Below, piece by piece: positions 29,942 to 39,444 of a stretch of 64,000 bases of DNA. The translations under genes and the position numbers were made by a program. The DNA is from an uncultured Clostridia bacterium. Its GTDB lineage: Bacteria; Bacillota; Clostridia; TANB77; CAG-508. The notes beneath the pieces are model-generated. The model was not told where the DNA came from, made no database searches, and worked only from the letters and a program-made list of their open reading frames with translations. Position 1 is the first letter of the stretch. Every line of letters starts with the position of its first letter. The DNA lies in assembly GCA_947594845.1 (NCBI GenBank), contig CANQEI010000002.1, forward strand, positions 17,753 to 81,752, read 5' to 3'.

Positions 29942-30703
29942 ATGGAAGATAATAACACAAATAAATATCTAGAAAATATACAAAAAATTATTAGAAGAGG
30001 AAATCCAAAACATATTTCTTACATTGCTAAGGAATATATGAGATATAGACAAATAAATCCAAGTGTATCTGACAGTATATATTCAATGATATTTAATGAA
30101 GTCACTAGAAATTCATATTCACCATATGCTGTATTCTTAGATCAAGATGGAACTATCTCACTAGAAAGTGTGAGCGATATTTCCAAAATAACAAACGTAT
30201 CAGAATTTATAGATCATGTTCAAGAATTAAGCAAATTGAATATAGACTTTAGAGATTTATCTTCAGATGATTTAATAATAGAAGGTAATGAAATAGCAGA
30301 GGAATTAGCACAAAAATTAGAAAATGAAGAATTAACTGAAGAAGAAGCTAAAAGCACTGTCGAACAAGCAAATAAAACTGTAGGAAAAGTTGGTGCTTTG
30401 GCATTAATTGGTGGAACTATTGGTGCAATGGCAACTTCTTTAATTAATAGGATAAAAACAGGAATTTCAAAAATAAGAACAAAAAAGATTGAACAGCCAG
30501 CTCAAGAACAAGAAAATCAAGAAAAGCCACAGGTAAAAGAAGTTAGAAATGAAACTTCTTTTGATGAAATATGCCCAAAAGTTGATGTTGATGAAGAAAA
30601 AGCTATTAAGGAAATGAATATGGCAAAAATGAATAAAGAAAAAACAAGAACAACAGATACTTATGGAGATGGAGATCCTGATGGTGATGATATAGATTTA
30701 TGA
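29942..30703 (+). CDS. Hypothetical acidic protein
   Basis: 253-aa ORF with RBS AGGAG and downstream terminator; no family recognised. Confidence 0.7.
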   Translation: MEDNNTNKYLENIQKIIRRGNPKHISYIAKEYMRYRQINPSVSDSIYSMIFNEVTRNSYSPYAVFLDQDGTISLESVSDISKITNVSEFIDHVQELSKLNIDFRDLSSDDLIIEGNEIAEELAQKLENEELTEEEAKSTVEQANKTVGKVGALALIGGTIGAMATSLINRIKTGISKIRTKKIEQPAQEQENQEKPQVKEVRNETSFDEICPKVDVDEEKAIKEMNMAKMNKEKTRTTDTYGDGDPDGDDIDL

Positions 30704-30710
30704 TTTAAAC

Positions 30711-30741
30711 AAAACTTCTTTAATTTATTAAAGAAGTTTTT
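30711..30741 (+). terminator. Intrinsic terminator
   Basis: AAAACTTCTTTAAT / ATTAAAGAAGTTTT. Confidence 0.65.
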
Positions 30742-30817
30742 ATTATTAGAAAAATAATAAAATATCATTAAATAAGTTATTAATAATTATATATAAAAAT
30801 TATAAAGGAGTATTAAA

Positions 30818-31771
30818 ATGGAAAAAATTAAAGTGTTTGCATGTCCAACAGCAGAGGAATTTACTGAAGAAATTTGTGATTATTTAAAAATAAAACCAGG
30901 AAAGATAAAATCATTAAAATTTAAAAATGATAATAATTTTGTACAAATTCTAGAAACAGTAAGAGAACAGGATGTATATATAATTCAAACTTGTGAACCA
31001 CCTATAAATGAAAGAATAATGGAATTATTAATAACTATTGATGCGGTAAAAAGGGCATCAGCAAAAAATATAAATGTAGTATTACCATATTTCCCATATT
31101 CAAGATCAGATAAAAAAGATCAACCACGAATACCTATAACTGCCAAGCTTATGGCACAACTAATTGAAGCTGCAGGGGCAACAAGAGTAATAACATGTGA
31201 TTTGCATAATCCAGCAATACAAGCATATTTCAACATAAATTGTGATAGATTAACAGGAGAATATGTTTTAGAAAAATACTTTTTAGATAAAAAAATAAAA
31301 GATATGGTTATTATAGCTACAGATGCGGGAAGTGCTAAAAAAGCTTACAAATATTCAGAATTTTTTAATTGCCCAATAGCTCTTGTAGATAAAAGAAGAA
31401 ATGCAAATGATGATAAAGCTATTTCAACAACAATTATTGGTGATGTAAAAAACAAAAATGCAATAATATTTGACGATGAAATCAGCACAGGAGGAACTTT
31501 AATGGAAACAGTAAATATTTTAGCAAAATCTGATGTTAAAAATATATATGCTGCAGCAACACATGGAATATTAGCAGCAGACGCAGTTGAAAGAATAAAA
31601 GAATCACCAATAAAAGAGCTAGTTGTAACAAATACAGTTCCAGTACAAAAAGAAAAAAGAATAGATAAAATTAAAGTATTATCAATCGCACCAACTTTTG
31701 CTGAAGCAATAAAAAGAGTAAATGAAGAAAAAGCTTTAGGAGAAATTTTTACAATAGATTTTTTTGAATAA
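30818..31771 (+). CDS. prs: Ribose-phosphate pyrophosphokinase (divergent paralog)
   Basis: PYFPYSRSDKK, DLHNPAIQ, DKRR, FDDEISTGGT PRPP-binding loop, ATHG, VTNTVP. Confidence 0.9.
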   Translation: MEKIKVFACPTAEEFTEEICDYLKIKPGKIKSLKFKNDNNFVQILETVREQDVYIIQTCEPPINERIMELLITIDAVKRASAKNINVVLPYFPYSRSDKKDQPRIPITAKLMAQLIEAAGATRVITCDLHNPAIQAYFNINCDRLTGEYVLEKYFLDKKIKDMVIIATDAGSAKKAYKYSEFFNCPIALVDKRRNANDDKAISTTIIGDVKNKNAIIFDDEISTGGTLMETVNILAKSDVKNIYAAATHGILAADAVERIKESPIKELVVTNTVPVQKEKRIDKIKVLSIAPTFAEAIKRVNEEKALGEIFTIDFFE

Positions 31772-31780
31772 TTATTTTAT

Positions 31781-31824
31781 GAATAAAACCTCCAGAATAT
31801 TAAAAAATAATAAAAGGAGGTTTT
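31781..31824 (+). promoter_or_regulatory. SigF/SigG-like promoter of gpr with RBS-sequestering inverted repeat
   Basis: GAATA -35-like box at 31781; AAAACCTCC (31785-31793) is the perfect reverse complement of GGAGGTTTT (31816-31824), the gpr RBS. Confidence 0.55.
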
Positions 31825-31827
31825 TTT

Positions 31828-32760
31828 ATGAATTTTAGAACAGATTTAGCAGTAGAAAGAAGAGATGTTTTTAAAAAGGTTAATAATATAAAAGATGAAG
31901 TACCTGGGCTAGAAAGCAATGAAAAAGAAATATCAAAAGACATACATGTGTACAAAGTAACTGTGAAAAACGAAGAGGGAGAAAAAGCAATTTCTAAACC
32001 AATAGGAAATTATATAACTATTGATGTTAAAAAAATGAAAAATATTCAAGAAGATGAAAAAGAAAAAATCGCAAATACTATATCAGAAGAATTGAAAGAG
32101 TTAATAAAAAACTTAACGCACAAAAAAGATGAAATTTTAGTAGTTGGCCTAGGAAATTTATATTCAACACCAGATTCACTAGGACCAAAAGTTATACAAA
32201 ATATAGATGTAACAAGACATATTTTTAAATATTTACCACAATATATAAGTGAAGATGACAGAGAAGTATCTGCAATTTCGCCAGGAGTATTAGGAACAAC
32301 AGGAATAGAAACACAAGAGATATTAAAAGGAATAGTTTCTAACGTAAAGCCTAAATTAATTTTAGTAATAGATAGTTTAGCATCTAAGAGTATTAAAAGA
32401 ATAAGCAGTTCAGTACAAATTTCTGATACAGGTATAATTCCAGGAGCCGGAGTTGGAAACAAAAGAAAAGAATTATCAAAAGATACTCTTGGAGTACCAG
32501 TTATTGCAATAGGAATACCAACTGTTGTAGATGTTGCAACAATAACAAATGATTGTTTAGAATTATTTATAGAAAAATTACAAAATGAAGCTAAATCCAA
32601 CGACTATTTGAATAAGTTAAAAGAAGAAAATAATTATGAAGAAATTAAAGAAGCATTAATTCCAAAAGATTTTAATTTAATAGTTACTCCAAAAGAGATT
32701 GATGAACTTATTGAAAATATGACGGATATTGTAGCAAAGGGAATTAATAAAAGTTTTTAA
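31828..32760 (+). CDS. gpr: Germination protease GPR
   Basis: FRTDLAVE, VVGLGN, TPDSLGP, PGVLGTTGIET, IDSLAS, IIPGAGVGN, GIPTVV, VTPKEID. Confidence 0.96.
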   Translation: MNFRTDLAVERRDVFKKVNNIKDEVPGLESNEKEISKDIHVYKVTVKNEEGEKAISKPIGNYITIDVKKMKNIQEDEKEKIANTISEELKELIKNLTHKKDEILVVGLGNLYSTPDSLGPKVIQNIDVTRHIFKYLPQYISEDDREVSAISPGVLGTTGIETQEILKGIVSNVKPKLILVIDSLASKSIKRISSSVQISDTGIIPGAGVGNKRKELSKDTLGVPVIAIGIPTVVDVATITNDCLELFIEKLQNEAKSNDYLNKLKEENNYEEIKEALIPKDFNLIVTPKEIDELIENMTDIVAKGINKSF

Positions 32761-32832
32761 TAAAGAATAATATACTTTCTTTTTTGCAAAAATTATGATA
32801 TACTTCCAATTGAAAAAAGGAAGTGAATAGAA

Positions 32833-33471
32833 ATGAAAGAAACAATTAGAATTTTGTGCTATGGTGACTCGAACACATGGGGATATATTTCAGGAAGTAA
32901 TCATCAAAGACATAGTAAAGAAGAAAGATGGCCAGGAGCACTACAAGCAATGTTAGGGGATAAATATGAGATTATTGAAGAAGGTCTAAATTCACGAACA
33001 TTAATTTCAGTAGATGAAAGAAGAGATAGAGAGGGAAGAAGCGGAGCAGAATATTTATTACCATGTTTAGATTCCCATGATCCTATAGACTTAGTAATAA
33101 TAATGCTAGGAACAAATGAATTAAAAACAGAATTTTATAGAAATCCAAAAGAAATTGGAGAAATTTTTGAAGAATATTTTGTGAAAAAAATATTATCAAG
33201 AAAATCAGTATGTAGAAACACATATCCTAAGCTATTAATAATTGCACCACCAGTAATTACTAAAGAAGGTCCAAATTTTATTGGAGGAATAGCAAAATCA
33301 GAAAAGCTAAATGAAATATATCAAGATATAGCAATGAGAAATGATTGCTATTTTGTAGGAAATGAAGAATGGAAAACAGGAGAAGACGGAATACATTTAT
33401 CAAGAGATAGTCATAGAATTATAGCAAGTATTGTTTCTAGAAAAGTAAAAGAAATTTTTGAAAAAGCCTAA
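32833..33471 (+). CDS. SGNH/GDSL hydrolase (arylesterase-like)
   Basis: CYGDSNTWG, EEGLNSR, MLGTNE, DGIHL blocks. Confidence 0.92.
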   Translation: MKETIRILCYGDSNTWGYISGSNHQRHSKEERWPGALQAMLGDKYEIIEEGLNSRTLISVDERRDREGRSGAEYLLPCLDSHDPIDLVIIMLGTNELKTEFYRNPKEIGEIFEEYFVKKILSRKSVCRNTYPKLLIIAPPVITKEGPNFIGGIAKSEKLNEIYQDIAMRNDCYFVGNEEWKTGEDGIHLSRDSHRIIASIVSRKVKEIFEKA

Positions 33472-33589
33472 TTTCTATCTAATATAGCTCATGTTACTTA
33501 TAAAAAAGTGCATGAGCTTTTTATTTAGATAAAAAATATTGTCATACAAAAAATAAAAACCCAATAAATATATATTGGGTTAAATTTAT

Positions 33590-34282
33590 TTATAAAAAGT
33601 ATTTTAAAACACAAAGTAGAGTTAAATGTATTGGATAGAAAAGATAAAAAGCTAATTTATTCTTTTTATTATTTTTTCCAAGTTTACCATTATATAGAAC
33701 TATAGGAATTAATGCTGAAAAGGTAATTACAAATTTTGCTCCTGTAGCGATAAGATAAGATTTTGTAACAGTTTTTACCAAAAAGTCATCTGCAAACAAA
33801 GCAAACATTAAAAGAAATTCATATAAAATCATATATCCTTTACTACGATTTTTAGTAATATAGAAAACTAATATCATCAGAACGCCAACAGCCCCAAAAT
33901 CAAAACCTAAAACTTCTGCTAAGAATGCTAAAATAATTATTAAAGGCCAAGAAATTATTTTATTTTTTACTTTATCATAAATTCTAATAGATAATAATCC
34001 AAAAGCAAGAGTAAAGAAAATATTAAAATATAAATATGAAAAGTCATTAAAAAATAATAAGTATGCAGGAATTTGTGAAATAATTGCAAAAACAAAAAGC
34101 CTTTTTAAATATTTACTAAAACTTTTAGTATGTACATATCCTTCTGAAATCAAAAAAGCAAAGATTGGAAAAGCTAACCTTCCAATGTATAAACAAGGAT
34201 TAACTAAAGCTGGAAATGCAAAAGGAATATGTCCTAAAAACATTGTAACACATGCTATAATTTTTAATACAAAATTTGACAT
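33590..34282 (-). CDS. TraX-family membrane acyltransferase-like protein
   Basis: LKIIACVTMFLGH, GRLAFPIFAFLISEGYVHT, NIFFTL, LYNGKLG, FYLFYPIHL; RBS AGGAG favours ATG 34282. Confidence 0.88.
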   Translation of the reverse strand: MSNFVLKIIACVTMFLGHIPFAFPALVNPCLYIGRLAFPIFAFLISEGYVHTKSFSKYLKRLFVFAIISQIPAYLLFFNDFSYLYFNIFFTLAFGLLSIRIYDKVKNKIISWPLIIILAFLAEVLGFDFGAVGVLMILVFYITKNRSKGYMILYEFLLMFALFADDFLVKTVTKSYLIATGAKFVITFSALIPIVLYNGKLGKNNKKNKLAFYLFYPIHLTLLCVLKYFL

Positions 34283-34356
34283 AATATAACTCCTATTTAA
34301 AACTAAAAATATTATATCAATCAAAAATACATTAATGCAATAGGTATATATAAATA

Positions 34357-35190
34357 TTAAGAATCAAAATGCTCTGATTGTATAGTATAAGAAGCATCTT
34401 TATAAAGATTGCATATTTCACAATCACAACATATAGAAACTCTTGACTTAAATATTTTTTTCAATGTATCAATAAATTCATCTTGTTCATCCAATATGTG
34501 TATATACAATTTTTTTGGTAGTAAATTTAATAAAGTATTTAAGGAATAATCATTTGATGAAAAAGAAATATCTGATAAATATTTTGCATCCAATATATAA
34601 TCATCTACAGGAATAGGATTTTTAAATTCATCAAGTAAAATAGATTCATTTTTTAAATATACTAAATGGATTATTTCTGCTTTTGACTCAGAAGAAGAGA
34701 TATATTCCTGCAATAATTCTATAAACTTCAAGTATTCACGGTTTATAATAAAATTATTAACAGCTAAATCGACTACATAATCTAAAACTTCTAAATAATC
34801 TTTTAAACGAAACTGAACAAATCCATCTAAATTCATATAAGAGTTGTTTGTTACATAGTCGAAAACAGATAAATATATTAAATCATTTTTATGATTAGAG
34901 TCTTCATTTTCTAAAATTAATTTGCAATTTTTTAAAATACTTTCTAATTCAAAGTCAGAAAAATAGAAATAGTTTCTTTTAAGAATTTTTTTAATTAAGG
35001 TGCTTTCATAAAAGTAAATAATTAAATTACTCATATGAAATGAGAAAGATTTATAATCAAAATTTTTGAATTTAAAAGTAATAGAGTTGGATTTAATAGT
35101 TAAATTCATATCATACAAATTAAAATTTTTTAAAATATATGAATATACTAAATGTGCTATTTTAGAATTTTCTAAAATTAATGTAAACAT
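34357..35190 (-). CDS. ytxC: YtxC-like sporulation protein
   Basis: LDGFVQFRLKDY, EYLKFIELLQEYI, LLNLLPKKLYIH, TLKKIFKSRVSICCDCEIC. Confidence 0.88.
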   Translation of the reverse strand: MFTLILENSKIAHLVYSYILKNFNLYDMNLTIKSNSITFKFKNFDYKSFSFHMSNLIIYFYESTLIKKILKRNYFYFSDFELESILKNCKLILENEDSNHKNDLIYLSVFDYVTNNSYMNLDGFVQFRLKDYLEVLDYVVDLAVNNFIINREYLKFIELLQEYISSSESKAEIIHLVYLKNESILLDEFKNPIPVDDYILDAKYLSDISFSSNDYSLNTLLNLLPKKLYIHILDEQDEFIDTLKKIFKSRVSICCDCEICNLYKDASYTIQSEHFDS

Positions 35191-35213
35191 ACAAAAGAAA
35201 GCCTCCTAACAAA

Positions 35214-35242
35214 TAGTATGAACACTTTCTAATAGTTTATTC
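35214..35242 (-). promoter_or_regulatory. Sporulation sigma (SigE/SigG-type) promoter of ytxC
   Basis: Minus strand GAATA-17 nt-CATACTA just upstream of RBS AGGAGG. Confidence 0.6.
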
Positions 35243-35282
35243 TTTTAAGAATAAAAAAGAGTATGTCATTAATATAAAGAAA

Positions 35283-35309
35283 AAATAGAAAGCTAAAAGC
35301 TTTCTATTT
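35283..35309 (-). terminator. Terminator of GH57 gene
   Basis: AAATAGAAAGCT / AGCTTTCTATTT overlapping the stop; T-tract on minus strand. Confidence 0.7.
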
Positions 35310-36893
35310 ATAAATTCTATAATCAATATCTGTAAAAATTAGGTCTTGTTTATAAATATCATCTACAAATTTTTCATCTATAGAATCTCGTTTTATTTGC
35401 AAATATAATTTAGAAAAACGACCAATATGTTGCTTAATTCTTTTCTTAGCATAATCAACCATCGTACCATTTGTTATAATAAATAACCAATCGCTACTTT
35501 GTGCTAAAAGTAATTCTCTTGCACACTGATCTAAAGCTTTTTTTCTAGCTCCTTCAGTTTCATCTGGATAAAGATTAGCAAGTTCAACCATTCTTTCAGC
35601 AGCTTTATGAAGATGACGATGAACATAGTCGTTTGATTGGTTTAGCCAAACTTCACTATAACCTTTGGCACCCCAACTTGATCTGCATGGTGAAGAAACT
35701 TGAATATTTGGAAATTTGTCAATATAATCACCAGGAGTAATTAAAGAAAAATTGCAATCATCATAATAGATTTTTTTAAAAAGAATATATAACCAATATG
35801 GACCTTCATACCACCAGTGACCATAAAGTTCAGCATCATAAGGGCAAACTACAATAGGAGGGACATCCATGAATCTAGAAAGATTTTCAACTTGTGCAGT
35901 ACGACAATCTAGAAAATGCCCAGCTTGTCTTTCTGCAGTATCCATGGCCCATCTTGGATTATAATAATCTTTCTCACCGTTTTTTGAAGTTATCCTATAA
36001 TATTTTATTCCTGTGTGAACACGAGCACCATTAGAGGCAATATAAGGCTTAATATAATCATAATCTAAATCATAACCAATATCACGATAGTATTCTCTAT
36101 AATTATAATCACCTGGATACCCAATAATAGAACTCCAAACTTGTTTAGATGATTCAATATCACGTCCAAAAGCAATTAAACCATCAGGAGAAACTATAGG
36201 GGCAAATGTTCCATAAACAGGAGTAGGGTCAGCATATAAGATTCCATGTGATTCAACAATAGCATATTCTATTCCAAATTCTTTTAAAAACTTATCAGCT
36301 TCAGGAACATAACCACACTCAGGTAACCATATACCACGAGGTTGTTTACCAAAAAACTTTTTATAAGTTTGAACACCAACAGCAATTTGAGCTTTAACAG
36401 CTTGAGGATTTACATATAAAATAGGGAAGTAGCCATGAGTTGCACCACAAGTAATTATTTCAAGAAATCCTGCATCTTGAAAATGTTTAAAACCATTTAT
36501 CAAGTTACAATCATAAAGATCTTTAAATACATGTAAATCATTAGAATATCTATCTAAATAGTATTTTGATAAAGAATTTAATCTTTCATCATATACTGTT
36601 CTTTTTACTTCTTTTTCTGCAAGTTCAATATGTTTTTTTAAATATTTTATATATCTTTCTTGTAAAAGTTTATTATCAAGCATATAAAGAAGAGGAGGAG
36701 TCATAGTCATAGTTAATCTAAATTTAACGCCTTCTTCTTCTAATTTTTTAAAATTTAGTAGTAATGGGATATATGTTTCAGACATAGCTTCAAAAAGCCA
36801 TTGTTCTTCCAAATAGTCTTCACTTTCTGGATGATGGATAAATGGCAAATGCGCATGAAGTATGAATGCTACAAATCCTTTGTCTTTATTCAT
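35304..36893 (-). CDS. GH57 1,4-alpha-glucan branching enzyme (DUF1957 domain)
   Basis: HAHLP, ETYIP, ATHG, WLPECGY (nucleophile Glu), PYDAELYGHWWYEG (acid/base Asp), LAQSSDW. Confidence 0.93.
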   Translation of the reverse strand: MNKDKGFVAFILHAHLPFIHHPESEDYLEEQWLFEAMSETYIPLLLNFKKLEEEGVKFRLTMTMTPPLLYMLDNKLLQERYIKYLKKHIELAEKEVKRTVYDERLNSLSKYYLDRYSNDLHVFKDLYDCNLINGFKHFQDAGFLEIITCGATHGYFPILYVNPQAVKAQIAVGVQTYKKFFGKQPRGIWLPECGYVPEADKFLKEFGIEYAIVESHGILYADPTPVYGTFAPIVSPDGLIAFGRDIESSKQVWSSIIGYPGDYNYREYYRDIGYDLDYDYIKPYIASNGARVHTGIKYYRITSKNGEKDYYNPRWAMDTAERQAGHFLDCRTAQVENLSRFMDVPPIVVCPYDAELYGHWWYEGPYWLYILFKKIYYDDCNFSLITPGDYIDKFPNIQVSSPCRSSWGAKGYSEVWLNQSNDYVHRHLHKAAERMVELANLYPDETEGARKKALDQCARELLLAQSSDWLFIITNGTMVDYAKKRIKQHIGRFSKLYLQIKRDSIDEKFVDDIYKQDLIFTDIDYRIYK

Positions 36894-36963
36894 TTTCTGA
36901 AATTCCTTTCAAGTAAATATTAATAAATAAAAAAGCAAAAGCATAATTAATAACTTTTGCTTC

Positions 36964-37887
36964 TTATTTGAATGTTGAAGTAGGATTTCCTGATGATGGA
37001 TTACTTAATGTAAATAAACTATTCAAATCCTCAACTTGATATATATTCTTATACAAATTATAGAAATCTAATAAGTTATAATTATTATTTTTTAATATAT
37101 TAATAATAGATTTATAAGATTCTTCATTTGTTTTTACATTTCGATATTTTATTAGAGGTTTTACTTCATCCAGTAAAACTCTATCATTTGGCATAACTAA
37201 ATTGTTAGAAGTAGATACGTAAAGAAGTTTATCAAAATCTTCTTTATGTGTAGCACTAGGATTTCTTTTAGCATAATCTTTAAAACGTCTACAAAGTTCA
37301 ACAGAATATTCGCTACGTGGATCAGAAATTGAAATATACCAACTATTAGCGAAATCATTTATTTCTACTTCTTGAGTATAATTTAATGTTTTATTATGAA
37401 CTATTAAAACGGGATAAGTATCATTAAAGAAATATTCACCATATTTTTCGATATATCTATTTCTATCAGAATCAGAAATATCCCAATAAACAAATAAGAC
37501 ATTAGGTGTTTGTGCTAAAATTCTAACTATTGTTTCATTGTATCTATAAGGTAAATCATAATATTCTAAAACATTTGCGAATTCTTTATTTTCTTTAGAA
37601 TCAATTTTTTTAGAAGCTTTTACAACTTTTTTTACAGAAGTAACTTTGGATTTTACCTTTGACTTTTTTGCTTTAGAAGTTGCTTTTACAGTTTTTGCTT
37701 TTGAAGAAGTTTTCGAAGTAGTAGACTTTTTAGGCTCTGCCTTTACTTTTTTAGTAGCAACTTTTTTCTTAGGAGTATTTTTTGAAACTTTAGCTTTAGT
37801 AGACTTTTTTGAAGTAGCCTTTTTAGTAGCAGAAGATGACACTTTTAGTTTTTCATTATTTTCTGCTTCTTTTTTAGTTCTAGGCAT
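36964..37887 (-). CDS. DUF4912 domain protein with Lys-rich histone-H1-like N-terminus
   Basis: LPYRYNETIVRILAQTPNVLFVYWDI...NSWYI...SNNLVMP is DUF4912-like; first ~95 aa dominated by K/S/T/A/V; RBS AAGGAGG. Confidence 0.85.
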   Translation of the reverse strand: MPRTKKEAENNEKLKVSSSATKKATSKKSTKAKVSKNTPKKKVATKKVKAEPKKSTTSKTSSKAKTVKATSKAKKSKVKSKVTSVKKVVKASKKIDSKENKEFANVLEYYDLPYRYNETIVRILAQTPNVLFVYWDISDSDRNRYIEKYGEYFFNDTYPVLIVHNKTLNYTQEVEINDFANSWYISISDPRSEYSVELCRRFKDYAKRNPSATHKEDFDKLLYVSTSNNLVMPNDRVLLDEVKPLIKYRNVKTNEESYKSIINILKNNNYNLLDFYNLYKNIYQVEDLNSLFTLSNPSSGNPTSTFK

Positions 37888-37995
37888 ACTTTTTTCCTCC
37901 TTTGTAAAATTAATCTTCTATAATGATATACATAATTTTGTAGAATTACAAGAGAATTTGTATAAAAAATAAAAAAACATTTTTCTATTTTGGTA

Positions 37996-38024
37996 TTTAC
38001 ATTTTTTTTTTTATTATATAAAAT
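37996..38024 (+). promoter_or_regulatory. SigA-like promoter of GT4 gene with T11 spacer
   Basis: TTTACA-17 nt-TAAAAT; T11 run at 38002-38012. Confidence 0.4.
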
Positions 38025-38089
38025 AAAAAAAGAATATTTGTAACAAAAGAAAAAATAATGTAGAAAACGAAAGGGGCCAGAAAGTAGTA

Positions 38090-39382
38090 ATGAAAATTTT
38101 AATGTTATCATGGGAATATCCACCAAGAATCGTTGGCGGAATTTCAAGAGTAGTACACGATTTATCTCAAAGATTAATTAAAGATGGACATGATGTAACA
38201 GTAGTAACTTATAAGGAAGGAGACACTCCATATTTTGAAAATGACAACGGAGTAAAAGTGTACAGAGTTGATAACTATATGATTAGCCCCAACAATTTTA
38301 TAGATTGGATTATGCAACTTAATTTTAATTTGATAGCAAAAGCAACAGAATTAATAGCAAAAGAAGGAAAATTTGATGTAATACATGCTCATGATTGGCT
38401 AGTTGCATATGCTGCTAAATCATTAAAAAATTCTTATGATATTCCAATAGTAGCAACAATACATGCAACAGAGGCAGGAAGAAATAGTGGAATACATGAT
38501 GAAACACAAAGATATATAAATGATACAGAATGGATGCTAACATATGAAGCAACAGAAGTAATTGTTAATAGTAATTACATGAAAAATGAACTTCAAAGAT
38601 TATTTGGACTACCATATGAAAAAATAAATGTAATTCCAAATGGAATAGGTCAAACAAATTTTGCAGGAATAGAAAGAGATTACGAATTTAGAAGAAAATT
38701 TGCAGCAGATAATGAAAAGATAATTTTATTTTCAGGAAGACTTGTTTATGAAAAAGGAATTCAAAACTTAATTGCTGCAATGCCAAAAATATTAAATGGA
38801 TATAATGATGCTAAACTAATAATTGCAGGTAAAGGCGGAATGATTGATGAATTAAGAGCTCAAGTCGATTATTTAGGAATATCAAATAAAGTTTATTTTA
38901 CAGGATACCTAGATCACAAAAATTTATGCAAAATGTATAAATGTGCAGATGTTTCAGTATTTCCAAGTACATATGAACCTTTTGGAATTGTTGCATTAGA
39001 GGCTATGCTTGCAGGAGTTCCAGTAGTAGTATCAGATATTGGAGGATTAAATGAAATAGTTGATCATGGAGTAAATGGAATGAAAAGCTATGCAGGAAAT
39101 GCTAATTCATTAGCTGATTCAATATTATCATTATTATATGATCCTCAACTTTGTGCTAATGTAGTAAAACAGGCAAAATTAGATGTAAAGAATAAATTTA
39201 ACTGGACAAAAATTGCTCAAGATACGCATTTTACATATCAAAAAGCAATTTGTCAGACAATGGCAGAAAAACAAGCAAGACAAATCGAACAAGAAAAAGC
39301 ACAAAAAGCCAAAAAGGCAAAAAATACAGAGGGAGAAATTACGAATTTGCTTGGATTTAAAAAACGTCAAGCATATGCTTAA
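38090..39382 (+). CDS. Glycosyltransferase family 4 (probable alpha-glucan/glycogen synthase)
   Basis: SWEYPPRIVGG, HAHDW, TIHATE, GRLVYEKG, PSTYEPFGIVALEAM (EX7E). Confidence 0.92.
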   Translation: MKILMLSWEYPPRIVGGISRVVHDLSQRLIKDGHDVTVVTYKEGDTPYFENDNGVKVYRVDNYMISPNNFIDWIMQLNFNLIAKATELIAKEGKFDVIHAHDWLVAYAAKSLKNSYDIPIVATIHATEAGRNSGIHDETQRYINDTEWMLTYEATEVIVNSNYMKNELQRLFGLPYEKINVIPNGIGQTNFAGIERDYEFRRKFAADNEKIILFSGRLVYEKGIQNLIAAMPKILNGYNDAKLIIAGKGGMIDELRAQVDYLGISNKVYFTGYLDHKNLCKMYKCADVSVFPSTYEPFGIVALEAMLAGVPVVVSDIGGLNEIVDHGVNGMKSYAGNANSLADSILSLLYDPQLCANVVKQAKLDVKNKFNWTKIAQDTHFTYQKAICQTMAEKQARQIEQEKAQKAKKAKNTEGEITNLLGFKKRQAYA

Positions 39383-39400
39383 TAAAATAAAAGTATACAA

Positions 39401-39422
39401 AAGAGGACGTAAAAGTCCTCTT
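39401..39422 (+). terminator. Terminator after GT4
   Basis: AAGAGGAC / GTCCTCTT hairpin. Confidence 0.6.
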
Positions 39423-39444
39423 AATTTTTGAAGGAGGAAAATTT

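Noticed and set aside
33590-34282. TraX-like gene as a sign of a conjugative element
   Set aside because: No relaxase, T4SS or integrase genes; host-like composition; stand-alone TraX-family genes are common on Firmicute chromosomes.
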